Shown here one piece after another: positions 57,180 through 64,000 of a stretch of 64,000 bases of DNA. Numbering within the stretch: position 1 is the stretch's first letter; each line of letters opens with the position of its first letter. The stretch is from the NCBI GenBank assembly GCA_019454875.1, contig JACFNL010000006.1, positions 5,349 to 69,348 on the forward strand. Direction: 5' to 3'. The stretch comes from Candidatus Cloacimonadota bacterium (GTDB lineage: Bacteria; Muiribacteriota; UBA6191). A program made the translations under genes and the position numbers. The notes under the pieces are model-generated. The model did no database searches and was not told the DNA's origin. It saw only the letters and a list, made by a program, of their open reading frames with translations.

Positions 57180-59753
57180 ATGTCTGCAAAAAAGAAAAAT
57201 AAGCCTACAGAAATTGAAGATGATGAACTGGAGGATTTGGAAGATGAGATAGAAAGTCTGGACTACACGCCCAGAGAGCTAGAACCATCACAAATCTCGG
57301 ATCGGGATGAGAAGGAAAGGGCCAATCGGCCCGCTGTTTTTGATATTCCTGTATTACCATTGCGGGAGATTGTTGTTTTTCCGTACATGGTGATTCCATT
57401 GTTTGTGGGAAGAAATCTGTCCTTGGCCGCCATTGAAAAGGCAATGGAGACCAATCGCGAAATTCTTCTGGTTTCACAAAAGCAGGCCAAAACAGATCAT
57501 CCTTCCCGCGAAGACCTTCATGATGTGGGTACAGTTGCTGAGATTATGCAGCTTTTAAAGCTGCCTGATGGAATCGTCAAGATTCTGGTCGAGGGCACTG
57601 CCCGGGCCCGTGTCAGAAAATATCGCGACAACGACAAGTTTTTTGAGGCCGAGATTGAGGAATATGTAGATACCGAAGATAAAAATCTGCGGACTCAGGC
57701 TCTGATGCGAAACGCCATCACCCAGTTTGAAGCCTATATAAAACTCAATAAAAATGTTCCGGTGGAAATTATCAATGTCACCAACAGCGTTGAAAATCCT
57801 GGACGGCTAGCAGACATCATTGTGGCTCACCTCAAATTGAAGGTTGAGGCAAAACAGGAAGTTCTGGAGGCATTTTCTGCTGAAGATCGCCTTTCCATGA
57901 TCTGCGATATCTTAAATAAAGAGATAGAGATTCTAAATATCGAGAAAAAAATCCGTGGCCGTGTGCGCAAGCAGATGGAGCAGGTTCAGAAGGAATATTA
58001 TTTAAGGGAACAGATCAAGGCCATTCAGAAAGAACTTGGTGAAAACGATGAGGCGGCCAATGAGGCCAAGGAGTTCAGAAAACTCATTGATAAAGCCAAA
58101 ATGCCTAAAGATATCAAGGACAAGGTTTTAAAAGAATTGGACAAGTTCGCCAAAATGTCTTATTCCTCAGCTGAGAGTGGAGTGATTCGCAACTACCTTG
58201 AAATTATGGTTGAGCTTCCCTGGTCTAAAAAAACCAAGGATCACCTGGATGCCAAAGTAGCTCAGGAGACCCTGGATAAAGACCACTACGGGCTAGAAAA
58301 GGTCAAAGAGAGAATTATTGAATTTTTGGCAGTATGCCAGCTCAAAAACACGATCAAGGGGCCAATTCTTTGTCTGGTGGGACCACCTGGGGTGGGAAAA
58401 ACATCTCTTGCCCGATCAATTGCCGAGGCTATGGGCCGAAAATTTGCCAGAATTTCTTTAGGCGGCATGCGTGATGAAGCTGAAATTCGTGGGCACAGAC
58501 GCACCTATGTGGGGGCTATGCCAGGGCGATTGATTCAGACTTTAAAGCAGGTAGGGACCAAAAATCCGGTTATTCTTCTGGATGAGATCGATAAAACCGG
58601 CTCCGATTTTAAAGGCGATCCTTCCTCGGCATTACTTGAGGTTTTGGATCCGGAACAGAATGTAACCTTTCGTGACCATTATATTGGCGTGCCTTTTGAT
58701 TTGTCTCAGGTTCTGTTTCTCACAACTGCCAACCATCCTTATTCCATCCCTGGTCCTCTGATGGATCGTATGGAAGTGATATCCCTATCCGGTTATACGG
58801 AGGAGGAAAAGGTTCAGATTGCCAAAAAGTATCTGGTCCCCAAACAAATCGAAGAGAATGGTTTGAAAGAGGGGCAGTTAAGCATTTCCGAGGATGCCCT
58901 GGTTGAAATCATTCGTTGTTACACTCGTGAAGCCGGAGTTAGGGATCTGGAGCGCAAGGTCGGTTCCATTGCCCGTAAGGTGGCTAAGGCCATGGTCATG
59001 GAAAAGGATAAAAAGACCAGAAAGGTCACGGCTAAAAATGTAGTGGATTATCTGGGAGTTAGAAAACTGCTTCCAGATATGCAGGGAATTGAGGATCAGG
59101 TCGGTGTGGTTACTGGTCTGGCTGTGACTTCTCTTGGTGGTAACATTTTGCCAATTGAAGTTGAGATTATGGAGGGGGCAGGAAAAATTCTTCTGACGGG
59201 AAATCTAGGAGATGTCATGAAAGAATCCTGTCAGGCAGCAATCACCTATGTTCGTCGGCATAGAGAGAAGTTTTTTATTGACCCGGAGTTTTACAAAAAG
59301 CTCGATATCCATATTCATGCCCCAGAAGCCGCTATTCCCAAAGATGGTCCTTCTGCCGGAATCACAATTGCTACGGCCTTAGTTTCTGCCCTGACAAATG
59401 TGCGGGTGCGTAAAGATGTGGCAATGACGGGCGAAATTTCTCTCAAAGGCAAGGTAATGCCCATTGGTGGGGTGCGAGATAAATCACTGGCAGCATACAG
59501 GGTGGGTATAAAAGACATTATCCTGTGTGAAGAAAATGAGAAGGATCTTGAGGAAATCCCCAAGGAAATCAAGGAAAATATCCGCTTTCATATCGTAAAA
59601 ACCTTTGATGAAGTTCTGAAGGTGGCTCTTGTTGCCAAGGATTATCAGGATTTGTTATCCGGAAAGACCAAGCCAGCTATAGTTGCCCCAGAGTCCAAAT
59701 CTAAAGGAAGAGGACGCAGAAAATCGGTTCAGATTCAGGCTACGGAGGATTGA
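57180..59753 (+). CDS. lon: ATP-dependent protease La
   Basis: PVLPLR..VVFP, GPPGVGKTS, DEIDK, PKDGPSAG. Confidence 0.98.
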   Translation: MSAKKKNKPTEIEDDELEDLEDEIESLDYTPRELEPSQISDRDEKERANRPAVFDIPVLPLREIVVFPYMVIPLFVGRNLSLAAIEKAMETNREILLVSQKQAKTDHPSREDLHDVGTVAEIMQLLKLPDGIVKILVEGTARARVRKYRDNDKFFEAEIEEYVDTEDKNLRTQALMRNAITQFEAYIKLNKNVPVEIINVTNSVENPGRLADIIVAHLKLKVEAKQEVLEAFSAEDRLSMICDILNKEIEILNIEKKIRGRVRKQMEQVQKEYYLREQIKAIQKELGENDEAANEAKEFRKLIDKAKMPKDIKDKVLKELDKFAKMSYSSAESGVIRNYLEIMVELPWSKKTKDHLDAKVAQETLDKDHYGLEKVKERIIEFLAVCQLKNTIKGPILCLVGPPGVGKTSLARSIAEAMGRKFARISLGGMRDEAEIRGHRRTYVGAMPGRLIQTLKQVGTKNPVILLDEIDKTGSDFKGDPSSALLEVLDPEQNVTFRDHYIGVPFDLSQVLFLTTANHPYSIPGPLMDRMEVISLSGYTEEEKVQIAKKYLVPKQIEENGLKEGQLSISEDALVEIIRCYTREAGVRDLERKVGSIARKVAKAMVMEKDKKTRKVTAKNVVDYLGVRKLLPDMQGIEDQVGVVTGLAVTSLGGNILPIEVEIMEGAGKILLTGNLGDVMKESCQAAITYVRRHREKFFIDPEFYKKLDIHIHAPEAAIPKDGPSAGITIATALVSALTNVRVRKDVAMTGEISLKGKVMPIGGVRDKSLAAYRVGIKDIILCEENEKDLEEIPKEIKENIRFHIVKTFDEVLKVALVAKDYQDLLSGKTKPAIVAPESKSKGRGRRKSVQIQATED

Positions 59754-60625
59754 TGCCTGCATCAATGACTGGGTATGCCACAGGTGAAATTCTGTGTCGC
59801 GGTGTAAGTGGGACAATTGAGATCCGTTCGGTGAATCACAAACACCGCGAGTTAGGCATAAGTTTGCCCATGAACTCTTTGGCTCTGGAAGCTAAAGTCA
59901 GGGAGATGGTTGAACCTTTGGTGCTTAGGGGCAAAATTCAGCTTAGTGTCAGGCTTGAGTTTAAGCAGTTGAGTACTGGACCTGTGGTGGATCTGGATAA
60001 GGCCAGATCCTGGGTCGATCGATGCAACCAGCTCTCGGATGCCATGAATCTGAAATCGGATCTGGGTGTCAGTCAGCTGATTACCCTTCCTGGGGTTTTA
60101 GCCGATAGTACGGATCCAAATTTGCATCAGGATCTTGAGGATGCATTATTGAAGTATCTGCCTTCTGTGGTTCAGGCATTTTGTGTTTCGAGACAGAAAG
60201 AAGGGGATTTTTTGAGCCGGGAATTGTTAAAGTACCTTTATCGCATGGAAGAATGCCGGCAGATGATAGAGGGTTTACAGGCAACGATTCAGAACGATTC
60301 CCTGGAAAGATACAGACAGAGGGTAGGCCTTTTTATGTCAGGGGAACTTGATGAAAACCGCCTGTATCAGGAAGTTGCCATTCTTTTGGAAAAGGCTGAT
60401 GTGAGTGAAGAGCTGGTTCGTCTGGCAGCTCATTTCAAAGCCTTTGAAGAGATTTTGTTACAGGCTTCTGAATGTGGCAGGTCCTTGAATTTTTTGTGTC
60501 AGGAAATTCATAGGGAGATCAATACAACCGGCTCAAAAAGCCAGAATCTTGAGGTAGTCAGGCAGGTGCTGGAGCTTAAGAATCTTCTGGAAAAAATTCG
60601 GGAGCAGATTCAGAATCTGGAGTGA
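59753..60625 (+). CDS. yicC: YicC/YloC family endoribonuclease
   Basis: SMTGY, EIRSVNHK, ADVSEELVRL, QEIHREINTTGSK, REQIQNLE. Confidence 0.93.
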   Translation: MPASMTGYATGEILCRGVSGTIEIRSVNHKHRELGISLPMNSLALEAKVREMVEPLVLRGKIQLSVRLEFKQLSTGPVVDLDKARSWVDRCNQLSDAMNLKSDLGVSQLITLPGVLADSTDPNLHQDLEDALLKYLPSVVQAFCVSRQKEGDFLSRELLKYLYRMEECRQMIEGLQATIQNDSLERYRQRVGLFMSGELDENRLYQEVAILLEKADVSEELVRLAAHFKAFEEILLQASECGRSLNFLCQEIHREINTTGSKSQNLEVVRQVLELKNLLEKIREQIQNLE

Positions 60626-60633
60626 GGTGTTGC

Positions 60634-60939
60634 ATGCGGCTCAAAATGCTTGGAATTGGATTCGGAAATTTTGTGATGGCCAACCGGCTGATTTCTGTTA
60701 TATCTCCTGGGTCAGCCCCTGTGAAACGAATCAAGGATGTGGCCAAGGAAAAGGGAAAGCTGGTTGATGCTACTTATGGGCGAAAGACCAGGTCTATTCT
60801 GGTAATGGACTCCGAACATGTGGTCTTATCTGCTGTAAACCCCGAAACAATTCATGTCAGGCTGGCCAATAACGAACAGAGCCTGATTCGTGAAGAAGAA
60901 ATGGACTCCCTGGATATGAGTGATGGGGAGGACGAATAA
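60634..60939 (+). CDS. remA: RemA/DUF370 family regulator
   Basis: IGFGNFV...SAPVKR...DATYGRKTRS...VVLSA. Confidence 0.9.
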   Translation: MRLKMLGIGFGNFVMANRLISVISPGSAPVKRIKDVAKEKGKLVDATYGRKTRSILVMDSEHVVLSAVNPETIHVRLANNEQSLIREEEMDSLDMSDGEDE

Positions 60940-61565
60940 TGAATGCAATCAAGAGAAGCGGAGTGCTGTTTGTGGTATCCGGGCCTAGTGGTTCGGGTAA
61001 GTCAACTCTTTGCAGGGATTTGATGAAAAAACCGGACCTTCCTTTTGGGTTGGCTGTTTCGCATACGACCCGGGCGATTCGTCCCCGTGAAGTGGATGGT
61101 ATTGACTACCACTTTTTAAGTAAAGAGGATTTTGAGCGCAATCTGGCCCGGGGGCTATATCTTGAATACGCATTGGTGCATGGTAACTATTATGGGACTC
61201 CTCAGACGGCAGTGGATGCATTTTTAAGTCAGTCCAAGCATGGGATTTTAGAGATTGATGTACAGGGTGGATTGCAGGTTAAGGCTAAAAAGCCAGATAC
61301 CGTGTTGATTTTTGTATGCCCACCGCGATTTTCGATTCTGGAGGCCCGCCTTAAAAGCAGGGCGACAGATTCCGAGGAAGTGATTGCCCGTCGTATTCAC
61401 AATGCCATTGACGAGATAAAAAAAATACCATCTTATGACTATCTGATCATTAACGATGATTATGATTTGGCCCTAAAAGAACTGGAATCTATTTTGTATG
61501 CAGAACAAAACCGGATTTCACGGTTGAATCCTGAAAATCTGTATGATACCATGCAACTTCCCTAA
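60939..61565 (+). CDS. gmk: Guanylate kinase
   Basis: SGPSGSGKST, HTTR..R..EVDGIDYHF, YYGT, LEIDVQG. Confidence 0.97.
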   Translation: MNAIKRSGVLFVVSGPSGSGKSTLCRDLMKKPDLPFGLAVSHTTRAIRPREVDGIDYHFLSKEDFERNLARGLYLEYALVHGNYYGTPQTAVDAFLSQSKHGILEIDVQGGLQVKAKKPDTVLIFVCPPRFSILEARLKSRATDSEEVIARRIHNAIDEIKKIPSYDYLIINDDYDLALKELESILYAEQNRISRLNPENLYDTMQLP

Positions 61566-61598
61566 ATCAGGACTGCGCCCAAAGCGTGAAGGACAGGT

Positions 61599-61862
61599 AT
61601 GATCGATTTTAATATTGATACTCTGCAGAAAAGTTTAGATGGTAAGTTTAATGTAGCTCACCTAATTATCAACCGGGTGAAAAAACTTAAAACCGGTGTG
61701 GAATCCAAGGTGAATCGAAGAATGCGCGAAAAAGATATTGTTCTTGCCATTCGCGAGATTGATTCTACAGAACTTGAATACACTCTGGACGAGTCCAGCA
61801 CCCGTGAGCGACAGGTAGAGCTGGCTGAGGCAGTGCTTGAAGACAGAGGAGACCGATCCTAA
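61599..61862 (+). CDS. rpoZ: RNA polymerase omega subunit
   Basis: Position after gmk; KF....I.NRVKKL...K.IVLAIREI. Confidence 0.8.
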   Translation: MIDFNIDTLQKSLDGKFNVAHLIINRVKKLKTGVESKVNRRMREKDIVLAIREIDSTELEYTLDESSTRERQVELAEAVLEDRGDRS

Positions 61863-61864
61863 AA

Positions 61865-64000
61865 ATGATTGCCGAGGTTCTTATACCTCGCCCAATATTT
61901 AAGCGGTTTCATTACAGGATTCCCCAGGAGTGGGAATCCTTTGTTTTTTCCGGGAGCCGTGTGCTGGTGCCTTTTGGTAACTTGCAGATGCAGGGGCTGG
62001 TGGCCAATGTTTTAGAGGATTCAGGGATTCAGCCAGATATGGTGCTGAAGCCTATTCTGCGACCGCTTGAACCCTTTGAGGCCGTTGACAGGATTTCTCT
62101 TGAGGTTATTGAGTCGATCTCGGAAAGAACCATCCAACCGGAAGGTGAGGTTGCCTCCCTTTTTTATCCCCGTTATGAACCTCCTTTGATTTCAAACTTT
62201 TCTCTGTCTCCAAACCTGGCCTGGGCCTGGGAGCAGATTCCTGTTTCCAGAAAACAGTTACGGCAGGGTTTTTCTCGTCTGTGTTTGAGTAACCATACCC
62301 AATTTTCTATGGATGATTTACGAAGTATCAGTTTGCTTTCGGATCCTCTGATTCGTGATTTAAAAAAATTGGGAGTGATTCTTGAAACACCGGGTTTTGA
62401 GAGAGAAGAGATTCTGCCCATCAAGTATTTGCCCACAGCCGGTCCATCCTTGAGCAATCAACAGACTATGGCTTTAGATGGGATTTTAGAAGAGCCTGTT
62501 TCCAGAATCTGTTATCTGCACGGGGTGACGGGCTCAGGTAAAACAGAAGTTTATCAGGAGTTGTGCCAGCATGTTTTAAACCAGGGGCTTGGTGCATTGA
62601 TTCTGGTTCCTGAAATTGCTCTGACCCCCCAGATCAAAAAACGGTTTTATGAAAGATTTGGGGAGTTGGTCACTGTGATTCATTCTGGGCTGGGGGATAA
62701 GGAAAGGTATAAGGAGTGGGCTCTTATTCAGGCTGGCTACCGTCGACTGGTGATAGGTGCCCGATCGGCTCTATTTGTACCCTTACGCCCTTTAGGACTT
62801 TTAGTGGTAGATGAAGAGGGAGAAAGCAGCTACCGTCAGGATACTGCTCCATTTTATGATGCCCGTCAGGTAGCCGAAGAAATTGCTTCCCGTAGTGGTG
62901 CCAGACTGGTTTTTGGTTCTGCCACCCCCTCCATTCAGGCTTATTCACGGATCAAGTCCAAAGAATTTGCCTATTTTGAGATGGGAAAGCGGCATTACTC
63001 CCAGGCTATGCCAGACATTCGCATCATTGATCTAAAAACCGAATTTCACAACCGCAATTTGAGCGTTTTTTCCAAAACCTTAAAAGAAGCTCTCTTAAAG
63101 GAGTTGAAGGAGGGGAACCAGGCTATATTGTTTGTGAATCGCCGGGGTCACTCCAGTTTTGTAATGTGTCGCAACTGTTCTCATGTTCTGGAGTGTGAAC
63201 ATTGCAAGGTATCTCTTACCTATCATGATACATCCATGCATCTTCATTGCCATTATTGTGATTACAGGACACAAGTTCCTGAGGTATGCCCCCAGTGCCA
63301 ATCCACTGCCATCAAGTATTTTGGTATCGGGACACAAAAGGTAGAGTGGTTTTTTCAAAAGGAATTTCCCGGAGTGAGGTATGCCCGCCTTGATACTGAT
63401 ATCAGTAGCAAAAAGGGGGCCTCGGAAGCGATTTTGAATCGAATGCAAAACAATGAGATTCAGGTTTTGATCGGAACCCAGATGATTGCCAAGGGCCTGG
63501 ATTTTGACAATGTAACTCTTGTAGGTATTCTTAATCCCGATGCTATTGTCAAAATGTCGGACTACTCGGCTGCGGAAAAGGCCTTGCAGTTATTTGTACA
63601 GATAGCCGGAAGGGCAGGCAGACGCTCCAAACAGGGTACAGTGTTTTTGCAGACTTACCAGCCAGAACATCCTGTATATCGTCACCTTCTGACTCAGAAC
63701 ACCCGCCAGTTTCTGGAAGAAGAATTAAAAATGCGCGAGGAACTGAACTTTCCTCCTAGCTCAATTTTGATTCATATCCAAACCAACAGTGAAATCATGG
63801 AACAGGCCCAAGATGCCATTCATTCTGTACACGCACAATTAACTGAACTTCTGAAACCAACCTCTGTTCAGGAAATCACCCCGCCCCAAAAGTCCCCAAT
63901 TGAAAAAATTGATCGGCGCTGGCGTTATCGCTTTTTAGTCAAAACAAAGTACAGTCAGGCTGTCTGGTGTGCATTGCGGGAACTGCGGGAAGGTTTTAGG
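61865..64000 (+). CDS. priA: Primosomal protein N' (3'-truncated by window edge)
   Basis: RVLVPFG, GVTGSGKTEVY, LVPEIALTPQ, GSATPS, four CxxC, GTQMIAKGLDF, AGRAGR. Confidence 0.95.
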   Translation, partial: MIAEVLIPRPIFKRFHYRIPQEWESFVFSGSRVLVPFGNLQMQGLVANVLEDSGIQPDMVLKPILRPLEPFEAVDRISLEVIESISERTIQPEGEVASLFYPRYEPPLISNFSLSPNLAWAWEQIPVSRKQLRQGFSRLCLSNHTQFSMDDLRSISLLSDPLIRDLKKLGVILETPGFEREEILPIKYLPTAGPSLSNQQTMALDGILEEPVSRICYLHGVTGSGKTEVYQELCQHVLNQGLGALILVPEIALTPQIKKRFYERFGELVTVIHSGLGDKERYKEWALIQAGYRRLVIGARSALFVPLRPLGLLVVDEEGESSYRQDTAPFYDARQVAEEIASRSGARLVFGSATPSIQAYSRIKSKEFAYFEMGKRHYSQAMPDIRIIDLKTEFHNRNLSVFSKTLKEALLKELKEGNQAILFVNRRGHSSFVMCRNCSHVLECEHCKVSLTYHDTSMHLHCHYCDYRTQVPEVCPQCQSTAIKYFGIGTQKVEWFFQKEFPGVRYARLDTDISSKKGASEAILNRMQNNEIQVLIGTQMIAKGLDFDNVTLVGILNPDAIVKMSDYSAAEKALQLFVQIAGRAGRRSKQGTVFLQTYQPEHPVYRHLLTQNTRQFLEEELKMREELNFPPSSILIHIQTNSEIMEQAQDAIHSVHAQLTELLKPTSVQEITPPQKSPIEKIDRRWRYRFLVKTKYSQAVWCALRELREGFR

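Noticed and set aside
548-63448. Numerous short overlapping ORFs in the six-frame track (e.g. 42952..43509, 32553..33068, 53886..54350, 62173..63448)
   Set aside because: They are antisense or out-of-frame shadows of well-supported genes with no recognisable motifs
1-64000. tRNA, rRNA, tmRNA or known riboswitch
   Set aside because: Intergenic gaps are short and none shows cloverleaf or known aptamer signatures by eye; an Infernal scan would be needed to exclude them fully

Overview
This 64 kb window is a densely packed bacterial core-genome region using the standard genetic code; I found no rRNA, tRNA, CRISPR array or intact mobile element. Housekeeping content: rpmF-plsX-fabH-fabD-fabG-acpP-fabF-rnc-spoVS; HIT-rsmB-PASTA-kinase-like-rpe; hup; secDF; glgC; recN; efp; prfB-secA-hpf; and lon-yicC-remA-gmk-rpoZ-priA. 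These Firmicutes/Terrabacteria-like gene orders sit alongside diderm features (a secretin, five prepilin-like genes, a pentaheme lipoprotein cytochrome), which suggests a deep-branching candidate-phylum diderm (inference). The best candidate for a new system is the minus-strand cluster at 48.5-55.7 kb. It has three pilin-like genes, a degenerate ECF-sigma/TM/FecR fusion, and a membrane protein whose disordered cytoplasmic arm carries about 5-8 FliM-N/CheZ-like (LSQxxIDAL) peptides downstream of a perfect sigma28 -10 box. Other oddities: SecD with a periplasmic EF-hand pair; four HARE-HTH-like repeats fused to a catalytically dead HsdM-like domain; a split PASTA + pseudokinase pair; a secretin with a ~540-aa disordered tail; several apparently leaderless genes; prfB without a frameshift; and an amber codon at position 3 of an AAA-PD-(D/E)XK gene. 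All domain calls come from motif recognition by eye, not database searches.
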